Notes: a model not told the origin generated them from the sequence alone. 64,000 bases of DNA from Okamejei kenojei (GCA_035221665.1 CM069141.1:47492001-47556000), one strand, 5' to 3'. Positions 27,235-40,325 are shown, counted from the first letter of the stretch. Program-made: numbers and translations.

Positions 27235-27563
27235 CGCTCATGTCAGATACATATTGGACGCGTTCCGTGGAGGCCAAAACATACACATGTTATCAATTAG
27301 CTTATTATAATATTAAACATTGGCCAAAGCTGATAGCATTGTATTTATAGAACTTTGTCAGAATCTTGAGATGGCAATTACTGTGGTTTGCTCTGCTAAC
27401 TATTCCATGCTCACGTGAGGTAAATTTAAACATACCGGAAGTAATTTCCGGCAGTGCATCGCAACTGATAATTTTCAAAGTCATCAGGAACTTAACGTGA
27501 TAAGATAAATAAGTAAGTTGGCAAAGCTACCTTGAAAGGGTTTGTAATTAATTCTCAGGAGTG

Positions 27564-27764
27564 ACACAAAATGCTGGAGTAACTCAGCGGGACAGGTAGC
27601 ATCTCTGGAGCGAAGGATTGGGTGACGAGTCAGTCTGAAGAAGGGTCTCGACCCGAAACGTCACCCATTCCTTCTCTCCAGTGATGCTACCTGACCCGCT
27701 GAGTTACTCCAGCATTTTGTGCCTATCTTCGCTTTGGACCAGCATCTGCAGTTCCTCTCTACAC
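27564..27764 (+). mobile_element. Palindromic Penelope-derived non-autonomous element with 14-bp TSD and hammerhead ribozyme core
   Basis: Inverted arms acacaaaatgctggagtaactcagcggg / cccgctgagttactccagcattttgtg. TSD AATTCTCAGGAGTG (27550) and AATTCTTAGGAGTG (27765). Confidence 0.85.
27627..27670 (+). ncRNA. Minimal type I hammerhead ribozyme motif (Penelope type)
   Basis: CTGAAGA(27635)-A-GGGTC-TC-GACCC-GAAA-CGTC. Palindromic ACGT in place of helix III; imperfect helix I gagt-ca-gt / ac-cc-attc. Confidence 0.55.
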
Positions 27765-28383
27765 AATTCTTAGGAGTGTGTTGATAACATTATTTTATAG
27801 CTTTTTGAAATTGTTTTTTATTGATTGTCGTAAAACAGAAGTCTGTAATATCACGTCGATCCTACAGTTAGTACAAAATTAAAACTTGGAGTCGTACAAT
27901 ATGTAAACAGTGCATTCAGACCGGGCCGACGTATCGGCACTCATCGGAGTAATCCCACCTTCCAATATTTGAATCGATTTCTTCCATGCCTACGTGATTC
28001 AAGCGTTCGTCTACAAATGGGCAGTTCTTAATTTGTCGTGATGAACCTATATCATAATGATATCATAATGATTCGGTTCTATAGCAATCCACTTTAAAAG
28101 AATGAACCGACATTACAAGTTTATAGCATTGATCTATTAATGTGATCCAGTGGATTGGGTATTCATATTAAGAGTTGAGTTTTTCTACTGACCAGACACG
28201 TAAATTACGTTTTTTTAAATGTAATCTGGCCCCATAGGAAATGCTAACGTTTATTACTAGGTTTTCGATGCAATGCGGGGATAATCCATATTTAGGTAGC
28301 ACGGTAAGTGAGGTTTACTCACAAAGTACTGTGAATACACGTTGCTGTAGTTTGATCGAAAAGCTCAATGATACATCATATAA

Positions 28384-28955
28384 TTCAAGTTCAAGTGTTC
28401 TAGTGTTCAAGTGTTCAAGTGAGTTTATTGTCATGTGTCCCTGATAGGACAATGACATTCTTGCTTTGCTTCAACGCAACAGAACATAGTAGGCATTGAC
28501 TACAAAACAGATCAGTGTTTCCATATATAATTATATAAATACATACACACATGAATAAATAAACTGATAAAGTGCAAATAACAGATAATGGGCTATTAAT
28601 GTTCTTAGTTTTGTCCGAGCCAAGTTTAATAGCCTGATGGCTGTGGGGAAGTGGCTTTTCCTGAACCTGGTCGTTGCAGTCTTCAGGCTCCTGTACTTTC
28701 TACCTGAAGGTAGCAGGGAGATGAACGTGTGGCCAGGATGGTGTGGGTCCTTGATGATACTACCAGCCTTTTAGAGGCAGCGACTGGGATAGATCCCCTC
28801 GATGGAAGGGAGATCAAAGCCGACGATGGACTGCGCAGTGTTTACTACTCTTTGTAGTCTTTTCCTCTCCAGGGCGCTCAAGTTCTCGAACCAAGCCACG
28901 ATGCAACCGGTCAGCATGCTCTCTACTGTGCACCTGTAGAAGTTAGAGAGAGTCA
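28384..28955 (-). mobile_element. Rex1/Babar LINE 3' fragment with (ttcaagtg)n tail
   Basis: TLSNFYRCTVESMLTGCIVAWF, nearly identical to the 3' end of the element at 19721-21440. Confidence 0.9.
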
Positions 28956-29117
28956 AATCAGAAAGAAGAGTAAATTGCCTGAAAACATTCTAATGGCGTA
29001 GCTACTATGAGTTTCCTGCATTTTTCCACTGCGCTTAGATTTTCGAGGTACATGAAGCCCGAATTGCTGTGGTGAATTTATTTTGTTATAGGTATTGGCT
29101 ACAGCATGTGCACCATT

Positions 29118-29905
29118 TAGTCATAGAGTCATAGAGTGGTACAGTGCCCATCGGCCCAACTTGCCTACACCGGCCAACATGTCCCAGCTGCACTGGTCCC
29201 AGTTGTCCGCATTTTGTCCATATCCCTCTAAACTTGTCGTATCCATCTACCTGTTTAACTGTTCATTGAACGTTAGGATAGTCCTTCCCTCAACTACCTC
29301 CTCTGGCAGCTTGTTTCATGCATCCACCACCCTTTATGTGAAAAGGCTACCCCTCACATTCCTATTAAATCTTTTCCCCTTCACCTTAAATATATGTCCG
29401 CTGGTTCTCGATTCCCCTACTCTGGATAGGTTACTCTATGCATCTACCGGATCTATTCCTCTCATGATCTTATAAACCTCTATAAGATCACCCCTCATGC
29501 TCCTGGGATCCAAGGAATAGAGTCCTTGGATCCTACTCAACCTCTGCCTGTAGCTCAGACCCTCTATTCCTGGCAACATCCACGTATATTTTTTCTACAC
29601 CATTTCCAGCTTGACAACACCTTTCCTATAACACGGTGCCCAAAACTGACAACAATACTCTAAATGCGGCCTCGCCAACTTCTTATCCAACTGCAACATT
29701 ACCTCACAACTTCTATACTCAATACTCTGGCTGATGAAGGCCGATCTGCGAAAACACTTTTTGACGACGCGATCTCTACTTGCGACTCCACTTTCAAGGA
29801 ATCATGCACCTGACCTCTGTCCTGCAACACTACCCAGCGCCCTACCATTCACCGTGTAGGTCCTGCCTATGTTCCCAACATGGAACACCTCACATTTCTC
29901 TGCAC
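29118..29905 (-). mobile_element. CR1-type LINE 3' fragment
   Basis: (tcatagag)n tail; closely similar to 22212-22980. Confidence 0.85.
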
Positions 29906-30687
29906 ATTTCTTCTTCGTTAAGAAAGGGTAAATTAAGTTGTTATATTAGATGTTAATTAAATTTGTTTCCCTTAACATTATCATGCTTTTGGAATAATGG
30001 TGGGATAGCATTAACACATACCAGTGAAGTTGTTCCATTGTTGATCTGGCATGTTTGATTTTAGATGCTGCGAAGGACTATAAATCAGAAGCGTCATTCA
30101 CCATCGACGTTGATTTTTCCTTATCACCATAATTACCCAAAAAGTACTTGCATCTCTTCACCAGCTCTCGTGAATATTGACATGAACCTCCCCGTACGCA
30201 TCAACCATATATATCAAAGCTTTGAATAGCAAATGGGGTGTCGAGCTGGCTACCGTGTTCTGACACAATCTAACTTGATCCCGGCTGATGGTCTAGCAAT
30301 GATTCCAGTGGAGAACCATCATGTCCGTTGCTGTCCTATGCATGCGCACACGATCTTGTCCACATCTCCTCCCATATTACTTCCTACAAGAACACCATTC
30401 CGTGTTCCAAGTATCTCTTACTCCATCTTTTCTGTTCTGATAATAATTTTGCCATTGTCTCCTCTGTGTCGCAGCATCCTCTACAGTAAAGGGATTATTC
30501 TCCATTACCTCTGTCTCATTGCGCATAATATTACAACCAGAAACGACTACACAGGCTCACAAAGAAATTACTCAGTCGGTAATTGCCTAAGTCACAATAT
30601 ATCTCCCTTAGCACGCATCCCTCTTTGAATGGCACATTCATTTGCGATCGTTGGAGATGTAACGTCTTCCAGTCTAACTCTTTATTA

Positions 30688-30820
30688 GTACGGGTGTCAG
30701 AGATTATGGGGAGAAGGCAAGGGAATGGGGTTAAGGAGGAGAAATATATCAGCCATGATTGAAGGGCGGACTAGAATTGATGGACCGAATGGCCTAATTA
30801 TTCTCCTATCACTTATGACC
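30688..30820 (+). mobile_element. Short CR1 3' end fragment
   Basis: gattatggggagaaggc...atcagccatgattgaa...ccgaatggccta...cttatgac. Confidence 0.7.
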
Positions 30821-31009
30821 GCATGAATTCTACACATGCCAATATCAACAGGCACAAATGGTCATTTCAGCTAATAGGGCAACTTACACTCACTCCTTCC
30901 AACATAGCAATCTTTATGCGACGTGCACAATAGGATCCACTCCGCAATGGGGAAACACATTAAATTGAGAATCAGCTTTTTGGGACACATTCACATAGAT
31001 TATTCTGCT

Positions 31010-31582
31010 ATAAGAAAGTGAATGGTATGTTAGCATTCATAGCTAAAGGATTTGAGTATAGGAGCAGACATTCTTGCCATAGAGGGAGTACAGAGAAGGT
31101 TCACTAGACTGATTCCTGGGATATCAGGACTTTCATATGAAGAAAGACTGGATAGACTCGGCTTGTACTCGCTAGAATTTAGAAGATTGAGAGGGGATCT
31201 TATAGAAACTTACAACATTCTAAAGGGGTTGGACAGGCTGGATGCAGGAAGATTATTCTTGGGGAAGTCCAGAACAAGGGATCACGGACTAAGGATAAGG
31301 GGGAAGTCTTTTAGGACCGAGATAAGAAAAACATTTTTCACACAGAGAGTGGTGAATCTCTGGAATTCTCTGCCACAGAAGATAGTTGAGGCCAGTTCAT
31401 TAGCTATATTTAAGAGTGAGTTAGTGGCCCTTGTGGCTAAGGGGATCAGGGGGTATGGAGAGAAGGCAGGTACGGGATACTGAGTTGGATGATCAGCCAT
31501 GATCATATTGAATGGCGGTGCAGGCTCGAAGGGCCGAATGGTCTACTCCTGCACCTATTTTCTATTTTTCTATGTTTCTATG
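31010..31582 (+). mobile_element. CR1-type LINE 3' fragment
   Basis: ORF 31052-31483 (IEGVQRRFTRLIPG...YEERLDRLGLYSLEFRRLRGDLIE...FFTQRVVNLWNSLP); tail ctatttttctatgtttctatg. Confidence 0.9.
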
Positions 31583-31840
31583 CTGACATTTGCCTGCCAC
31601 TTTAATTTTAATGTCAGCCACACTCTGAATACACTTTATTTGGTCCCTTACACCCTGGACAAGAAAATCTAAAGTAATTCGAAGAATATTTTATCACCTT
31701 TTGACTAGGCATTTTATGTTTCGGAAGATTGAAAAGTGAGTTACACAAGTATCTATAACCATTCATCGACTATCCTATTAAACCTGCACTATTCTGATGA
31801 AAGATCATTAACAACATCATCAATATTAAATATTAATTAG

Positions 31841-32036
31841 NNNNNNNNNNNNNNNNNNNNNNNNNNNNNNNNNNNNNNNNNNNNNNNNNNNNNNNNNNNN
31901 NNNNNNNNNNNNNNNNNNNNNNNNNNNNNNNNNNNNNNNNNNNNNNNNNNNNNNNNNNNNNNNNNNNNNNNNNNNNNNNNNNNNNNNNNNNNNNNNNNNN
32001 NNNNNNNNNNNNNNNNNNNNNNNNNNNNNNNNNNNN
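31841..32036. other. Assembly gap (196 N)
   Basis: Run of N. Confidence 1.
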
Positions 32037-33437
32037 CTGAGCAAGCACAATCTTTGAACTCTGGTGCCCAAATGAACTTTACATTCAACTATGTTTTGCA
32101 TTGTCTATTCGAATGCCGTTGGATGTTGTTGCTGACCTGTGATGCGAGGGCAGTTTAAGTTCTTTATGATTAATTATATATGTTTTTCAGTAATTACTTT
32201 GTTTCTTTTAGTTTAGGTAAGTAAATATCGTATCACAATTTTGTAATAATCTTAAAATAATTGTATTACTTGAAAAAGTCGTCAGTGGTGGCTGTAGTGA
32301 CTATCGTGCTGAAGGATTAGAGTTTATATATTGTAGGTTGGGTCAACAATGTGGTCGACAATGTATGTGGCAGATGCAGCAGTATTCTAATTGAGAATAG
32401 TCAACGACCATGACAATAATATTAAATTGATGGTCAGTGGCTGTTGATTGGACGTATGCAGTCTTAAATATTTATTAGCCGTCTATTAGGCAGCGCCATT
32501 GTTACTTGATAGTGTAAAAAATGTCTATTGCTGCTGAGTGTGACCAGTCTTAATCAAATTAGATATTCTATTGTGTAGTGAATAGGGTCCTGCAGTCAAT
32601 GGACAGCTTCGCTCTGGTTCCATTCGGCCATGCATTTTGCTGACATGTCTTTCAATCATTCTTGACCAAATTCAATCACGGAGTCAAGGGCAGTTCTGAA
32701 ACTATAAACCTCGCGTGGACTTTTGGACCATTGTAGTAACTCAGCCTAAACTTGAGTGACTTTAGCTTAATGCAAAGTAAGCATCAGCCGAAAATTATTA
32801 TGAAGTTAATGCTGCATTAAGCTGTTTACCATGATTGAACACTAACCACTGGTGGCATTGAGCAAAATATTGCAGCACGCCTTAGTTTAAAATACAACGC
32901 ACCTCGACAATATTTTAGTTCTCAATGAATACGATTTTGTGGTCGTGTTCGACGAGATTCAATAAATTTCGTTCTGCAACACGATCCTGCAGCCCTCTAC
33001 TCAGAAAATTGTCAGTCAATAGTTTTTTCTTCATCATTTGGTTATAATGGCACGTTGATATCAAGGAGTGTCAATTTCACTTAAGACAGAAAATTCCCTC
33101 GAAAGTTGGAGATGCTCGTCGAATATTACATTGCTTGCTCGAGTGTGAAGTATAAATGTTTGACTGGAGGTGTGAATTGTTCAAAAGCACCGACATTCAG
33201 CGTTATACCTGGAATATTTCGGACGCAGCAAAGTTTCTTCCTTTCAACCCATTTAACAAATTATTGCTACCACGGAGGATGCTTTTGGTCATGATGGATA
33301 TCCACGTGATGAAACAATCAAGTAGACGGAATGGGCGGCAAAAGCATTAGTCTGTGCTTCGTCACGAATGTTGATCTCTCCCATTATTGAAAGGCCGATG
33401 CTTATAACCAGGATTCGTGCACTATTGTTTTATCTAC

Positions 33438-33536
33438 AGATAGACACAGAATGCTGGAGTAGTTCAGCGGGACAGGCAGTATCTCAGGAGGGAACGAATG
33501 GATGACGTTTCGGGTCGAGACCCTTCTTCAGACTGA
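33438..33536 (-). mobile_element. Penelope-derived half element with intact hammerhead core (33504-33531)
   Basis: Minus strand gaatcagt-CTGAAGA-agggtctcgaccc-GAAA-cgtc-atccattc. Confidence 0.75.
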
Positions 33537-35014
33537 TTCACTGTTTCCGGATTCAAATCTTTCCTACCAATTTTACTTCATAGCTGAGCAACTTCACATT
33601 ATAAAACAATGTAATATCTCAGCGTTGACAAAATAATCGAGCTGGAAATATGAGAGCTTTAATGCTCAAAAAAATGAATGACCTGGTGATGTTTACAATA
33701 ATTTCCATTCTTTTAATATTAATTTCAGATTTGGTTTATCACCAGTACTTCGTCTTATGCCATTATTTTCTGCCAGTGGCTCTTGGTCCTGGTTCTGCTA
33801 TACCCATTCAAGTGTCCCTGCTTGCCTCTATCCTTTACTTAAACCCGACACTGCCCTCGCCATCATCTTACTACTTGTGCATTTAATCAATTTGTTGATT
33901 GCTGCCATTTTCTCATTAACTGTCTTAATAATAGCGAAGTATCCCATCCATGTGTAATTAGAGCACAAGTTGTATTGAAATGTCATATTTCTCTCTCAGA
34001 AAATAAGACGCCAAATATTTCCACGTGTTATTTGAGATTTCCAGAAATCGCAACTGTGCCTTGTTGATTTCTGTCCAATCAAATGTATTATTCTATTACT
34101 ATTCTGAACTCGTTAAATTATAATACACGACCGTTGGATTCGTCCTGTTTCTTCGACTCAAAATGTGGGATTACAGTAAACATTTACTTGTAGGACAGTC
34201 GCAGCAGGTACCATAATTCAACCTACTTCAAAGTTGTACAATTTGCTCGTATTTTTGTTAAACTTTTAGTTTTACTATATTCAGTTAAATACCGAATTAT
34301 ATGGCATGTTGGAAAATCTAGAAGTGAACGAGATTTTGGATTATCGAATTCCTCCTGCATTACCAATGGCAACGGATAAAAAATTAGATCACTTTACAAA
34401 AATGATCTCTCTCAGAATGGAGAGCATTTCCATAAATGCGAACCTACCCATGACACTTTATTTCTCTTATGCGTTGCATACCTCATAAAGGTTTGTTTAC
34501 ACATTGACTGCCAGCTACATGGACATGTTTCGACACACCCAATAAGAAACAAAGCGTCGAAAAATTCAGTAAAATTGAATGGGTCTCAAAGATAAAGAAA
34601 ATATAGGTTCAGCACCATCAAATGTGAAGAACAACGTTGATACCAATATGGGCGATTGTGATCACTGTTTAAAAATTGCAATATATTTCCCAATAATTAT
34701 ATGCAAACATTTTCTTTGTTTGTTTGGATATTTTGAGCCATTTTCAACATGTTTCTTCTACATATCGCATAGAGGATTTAACTTCTACATTCCAATGGAC
34801 AATTAACTTTTTTCATATGTCCACACATATCTATACGGCAGAATTAGTTTTTTTTTTAACTTAAGATTCTCCCTTAGATAAATGCGGGTGTCATTCGAAT
34901 GCGGGTGTAATCCAATTCTTCTGGTTAATTGCCTTTCAAACTATTTGACTGATCTCTCAAAAAATGTTGTGATTTTAACATTTTAACTGGAATTTAGCTT
35001 GTCCACATTCTCAG

Positions 35015-35056
35015 TGCAATTATAGGCTGAGACACTTTGTGTCGCTGTCTACCAAT
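35015..35056 (+). promoter_or_regulatory. cPcdh promoter CSE / CTCF site of exon V4
   Basis: TGCAA-ttataggctga-GACACTTTGTGTCGCTGTCTACCAAT; core starts 242 bp before the ATG. Confidence 0.92.
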
Positions 35057-35276
35057 AAGGAGGTGAAAACCAGCTAGTGATCCACCGCCCATCCCCCAAT
35101 ATACGAGAAAGGAAGCAGAATAATGGCGGCGTGTGTACGAACGCAGCGGACCATCTCTTCAACCGATCACCCTTCAACGTATTCAACACACTGAAGGAAA
35201 TGGTTCGGATGTGGCGCGAGATGCTATCAAATTGCTTTTTATTGCTAAGGTAAATGTGATCTACCCCACAGAAATA

Positions 35277-37730
35277 ATGGCACAAATAAGCATTTTCCGC
35301 GTGCATGGAAAGTCGGTGATATCATCCATCTTTCTGCTTTGTGTGTGGAATCTGGTTTCCGGGCAGATTCGCTACTCCATTCCAGAAGAATTGGAACAAG
35401 GTGCCTTCGTCGGAGCAGTCGGCAAAGATTTGGGTTTGAGCATAGAGGAGCTATCAAACCGTAAATTCAGAATTATATCAGCTGCATCAAAAAAATATTT
35501 GGATGTAAATAATAAGAATGGAATTTTATTTGTAAATGCAAGAATCGACAGGGAACAGCTGTGTGGTCAGAGTGATAACTGTGTACTGTTCGTGGAAGCG
35601 GTGGTTGAAAATCCTGTGGAGCAGTACCGTGTGCAAGTTGAGATATTGGATATAAACGACAATTCTCCGAATTTTCCGAAAAGTGAAATTCGTTTGGAAA
35701 TTTCAGAAACCACGATGCCAGGAGCGCGTTTTCTGTTAGAAGGCGCTCACGATCTGGACGGGAGAAATAATTCTGTTCGTATTTACCAGCTCGCTGCAAA
35801 TTATCATTTTACGTTAGATGTGCAGAATGTTGGCAAGTGGAAGTTACCCGAACTGGTGTTGCAGAATATTATCGACCGAGAAAAACAACCAGTGTACAAT
35901 TTATTACTGACCGCTCTTGACGGCGGTACTCCTGAAAGGTCTGGTACTGCTCACGTAAACATTGTTATCCTGGATGTGAATGATAACACACCGGTTTTCG
36001 GGGAGTCAGTGTATAGTGTTAGTCTAAGCGAGAACATGCCATTGAATTCGTTAGTGATTAAGCTTAACGCGACTGATTTAGACGAAGGTAGAAATGGCGA
36101 GGTAATTTATTCTTTCAGTAGTTACAACGAACCAAGAATAACTGAAATATTTACGATTAAACCAAAATCAGGAGAGATCCGTACAAAAGGAATAATGGAT
36201 TTTGAAGAAGCCAGTGTTTATCAGATTCATGTGGAAGCTAAGGACAAAAGTGTGCAGTCGCTATCCACACACTGCAGCGTGCGAGTGGAGATCAGAGATG
36301 TGAATGACAACGCTCCTGATTTAATTCTAAATTCTGTTCCCGGTACAATCAGTGAGAATGTTCCGCCGGGAACTTTAATCGCATTCATCGGCGTGACAGA
36401 CCGGGATTCCAATGAAAATGGACACATCGACTGTTCCATCTCACACAAACTACCATTTGATCTTAAATCTTCCTTCAGTAATTCATACAGACTAGTTACA
36501 AATGCCGTACTCGACCGAGAAAGCACCCCTCAACATAAGATTACAGTAACGTGCAAAGACCGCGGGATCCCACCTTTATCTACCACCCGGACAATTGTGG
36601 TAAATATCTCAGATATAAATGATAACGCGCCGCGCTTTACGCAGCCTTCCTACACGGCCTATGTGGCGGAAAATAATGAGCCCGGCAGCTACATTGGATC
36701 AGTAACAGCTTGGGATCTTGATATTGACCGAAATTCACAGCTTTCTTACTCTATTTTGGAGAGCCAGATACAGTCGGTGCCCGTGTCTTTCTATCTCTGT
36801 ATCAACTCAAATAATGGCAGCATCTACTCGAAAACTCCTTTCGATTATGAACAACTTAAAGGTTTTCAGTTTCACGTTCGGGCTCAAGATGCCGGATTAA
36901 CATCACTTTCCAGTGACGTTGCTGTGAAAGTGATTGTCTTGGATCAGAACGACAATCCACCCATGATAACAGCAAATGCAATAAAAAGCAACAGCAGTTT
37001 GCCTGTGTCTCGTTCTGCAAACCCGGGATATATGGTAACAAAGGTCGTTGCTTCCGACGCAGACTCTGGTAAGAATGCACAATTGTCTTATCAACTCATG
37101 CAATCCAGTGACCCGGGTCTCTTTATAGTTTCATATACCTCAGGAGAGGTAAGAACTGCTCGGCGCTTTATGGATAGCGACGCCACCACACAAAGGCTGA
37201 TTATCCAGGTGAAAGATAACGGTTATCCCGCTCTCTCTGCTACCACCACCTTTACTTTGACAATAGTTGAGGAACACACGGAGGGTTTGCTGGACTTCAA
37301 TGAAGCGAGTGACGACTTAGAAGACACGCAGAAATTATCATTATATATAATAATTACACTAGGAGCAACCTCGTTTGCTCTTTTGGTGGTTATAATTGTA
37401 CTTGTTGTAGTCATTTGCCCAATGGGCAGCCATTCTGCATCTGGGCATGCCTGCACTTTAGCAGACAGTTGCTGCAGAAGAGAATTGGAATATAGGCATT
37501 CGAATGTGAACTTGCAAATCGTGCCGGATTCTCACTTCCTTCCCAGTCTACTTGAGGTTCATGGAAATGGATCCCTTTCAGAAACATACCGTTATAAAAT
37601 TCGATCGGCGCCCGAACCACGGGATATATATTTCACTCCATTCAGTCCACAGATACACGGGACCTTTGAAAAGCACGCTAAATATGCGCCAACGGACAGT
37701 ACAAAGACAAGGAGCAGTTCGTCGAATGTG
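35277..37730 (+). CDS. Clustered protocadherin variable exon V4 (818 codons)
   Basis: Start MAQISIFRV chosen by alignment with V2 and V7. Six EC repeats, TM, LEVHGNGSLSETYRYK. Donor GTG/GTGAGT at 37730/37731, phase 0. Confidence 0.95.
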
Positions 37731-39949
37731 GTGAGTGTTGTAGAGCACTAGTATAATAAATAGCTCCATGAAGTTCGATGTACCAATTTACCTTCATGCA
37801 GGTCCAATTCCTCGTATATTTGTTTGGTGTGTTAATAATTTGCCTTTTTAATCGGATTTTTGGATTAAAATTACTCCACAATTTAAGTTAAAGTTTAATG
37901 ACATTCATGAGCAGAATAAAATGAATCGTTGGGAGATGATCCCACCAGGCCTTTGTTTCCATCTTGTTTATGCATACGTTATAAGCCGATATTTGCCAAA
38001 TTGATGCTGGAGCGGTAGCTGCTGCATAATACAATAAATTATGAGAATCATAGGACAAACCTTGACATTTTTTTGTCAAACCTCCTATCCGAAATAATGG
38101 GAAACATGTAATGTCTCCACCAATTGCCTTTACATTTTAAAACCATAGCACAATGTATTTCCGCAATGGTTGTCTTATTTCTTGTGTTGTATTGTATTGT
38201 GCCAAGCAAAATTAACCCTTTTATGGTTGAAGCATTGGAAGTGACTTTAGACTTTGCCTTTCGCGTGGTCCAGCAAACAGAGAAAGGTAGTACATTTAGG
38301 ATACCGATGGAAGCTATTTGCCTGAAGGAGGCAGTGTTCACAAAATAGTACACACCAGCATTTTCTTCCTTCCAGCACAAGGTCCGCAGTCTTGCGAGCA
38401 GCGGCTCCTCAAGTACACATCCAACTAGCTTTTAAAGATGATGAGAGTTTCCTTCTTTTCCATTCTTTTAGACGCAGATTTTCAGATCCCTTATGGTGCT
38501 TGGACGGAAATCGTAATTTCTCCCTATCTTCACTACATTTCCTCGATATTTTGGAAAACTATCTCAGTATGCCCGTTTTTTGAAATGTCGTGTAAATGTC
38601 AGTGTTGTAATCGAGCTGGTAGAGCTTGGATGGAATTGCAACTGAGCAACATCAAAGTTTGCCAAATATCCGATAAGCCAGAGTTCGTGCATACCGTATA
38701 GTTTTGGTTAGCAGTTTGTAGAGAACAAATGACTTTTCTACGACTGGAACATTTGGAGAAACTGGAAACGATTACATTGTAACGGAAGCGAAGACGAATG
38801 AGTGATGAATGTTATGAGGGTCGTACGGATATGGAAAAAAGTATATATCCTCTATCAGACGAAAGCGGGACGAGATCTAAGGCGGTTATTGGGAAATGGA
38901 GTGGAGATAAAGATAAATTTCGATTTATATTCAAATAGTACAAGGTATCTTGATAGATTTTGAGTATATTCTTATTGTGATTTTGGATTATAGAGGATTG
39001 ACTAGTACTGTGCACAATCTAAAATGGTGTTTGAAGTATTATGGAACAGTATCCATAATACTTGAAACTTGTACCATGAACTTTTCAACATAGTTAATGC
39101 AAATGTTATGACAGAAATTCATTAAACATTGCACCAATTAAGTTGAAAATCACAAGGAATGCTCGTATGCACATGCGCAGGCACTCAGGTCTCAATGGGT
39201 CGTGGTCCAACAGGCGGAATGGTGTGAAATTGCGGTGCTGGTGAGAGGAGGATTCGATATTAGTGGCTCCATAATGAGGAAAACACATTTGTCAGTTAAA
39301 AGTAGAATTGTGTGGCTATCATTACTCATGAAGCTAGCTTACAATCTTTAGCATAATGGTGAAAATTAGGCAGCACAACTGATTTCTTTATGGTACCAAC
39401 CTTCTTCACTCCTGGAGCCCAATACTTGATTCAATAAGTTCATGGTGATACAATCTTGATCTCAAAATCACATTCCTCCTGAAACCTTTGACCACCTTAC
39501 CGTTCAAATGTATGTCACATCGTTTTGAACATTACGAGTGACCCCGCCTTCTGCAATTGTGAATCCTGTTCACAGTCTTATCTGCCTCTCTGCAAGATCA
39601 TCTTTCATTTATTTCATCTGCTAACGAGAAAAGAGCCATCTTGCTCGACATTTATTCGTATGTCAAGCACTTATTCCAAGAATCAACTTGGAACCTCTCT
39701 CTGCATCACTCTGAATCTCTCTGTGGTGTAACAAATGTAATCGTAGCCTTTCTTAAATGTTGCACGTGATGCGTACCGTCCTCTGGTGCTGGTCATCGCT
39801 GTGTTGAACCATTGTAGTATATTTCCTTGCTTTACGCCATTTCTAATTACGGCGACCAATATTCCATTAGCTATCCTAATTATTGGGGCGCAATATGTTT
39901 TTATTCCACACCAGCACAGAGGGAATATTGCCTTTCGGCTCCTTGGCCA

Positions 39950-40325
39950 TCTTGCAGTTGTACAGCCGAGAGGGCAGAGGGCGGGAGCTTGTTCTTTCCC
40001 CCGTTGCCGCTATCTCTGCTGCTGTTCGAGTCCAGCCAGGTCATGCTGCGCTTCTTGAGGACAAAGCTTTCGAAGGCGGCATCGGCGGAAAACGTCTCCC
40101 TGGCCAGGTTCTTGATCACCTAGAGCTTCAGTTCGCAGTATTCGAAGAAACTCCAAGTCCGAGCAGGCTCTGTAGAAGCGGCAGCTGTCTGAGTGCGAGC
40201 GCAGCAATCCGCCTTCACCAATCCGCCGCTTGAGCGGCTCCTTGGGGCGACCTGCTGCTGCTTCTCAAGGCCCTGCTGGCGTGGTTGCTTGTGCACCCTG
40301 TGATGCTGCTGGCATGGCGACTGGA
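39950..40325 (-). other. GC3-rich coding-like fragment of unknown origin (second copy at about 56690-57030)
   Basis: Minus frame FFEYCELKL*VIKNLARETFSADAAFESFVLK; copy 2 reads FFEYCELEL*VIENLAREKYAADAAFESLLLK. Confidence 0.5.

Larger units (their letters stand above)
30295..31760 (+). mobile_element. Old Penelope-like remnant interrupted by two CR1 3' fragments
   Basis: SSHITSYKNTIPCSKYL at about 30367 (compare SSHP.SCK..IP.SQFLR). Traces at 31590-31745 resemble the Penelope endonuclease C-terminus (HFN...EE..IF.LG). Confidence 0.4.

Noticed and set aside
31826-32101. ORFs spanning N runs (also 56898-57321)
   Set aside because: Artefacts of assembly gaps.
32040-33430. Unassigned sequence after the first gap, checked for a missing Pcdh 5' half or constant exon
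   Set aside because: No cadherin motif, CSE or recognisable constant-domain peptide found by eye; a database search is needed to exclude one fully.
35133-35276. Long N-terminal extensions from GTG starts in the ORF track (35133, 44472, 51596; also 7613)
   Set aside because: They run into promoter or leader DNA and differ in frame among paralogues. Alignment with V2 and V7 places the start at MAQ.
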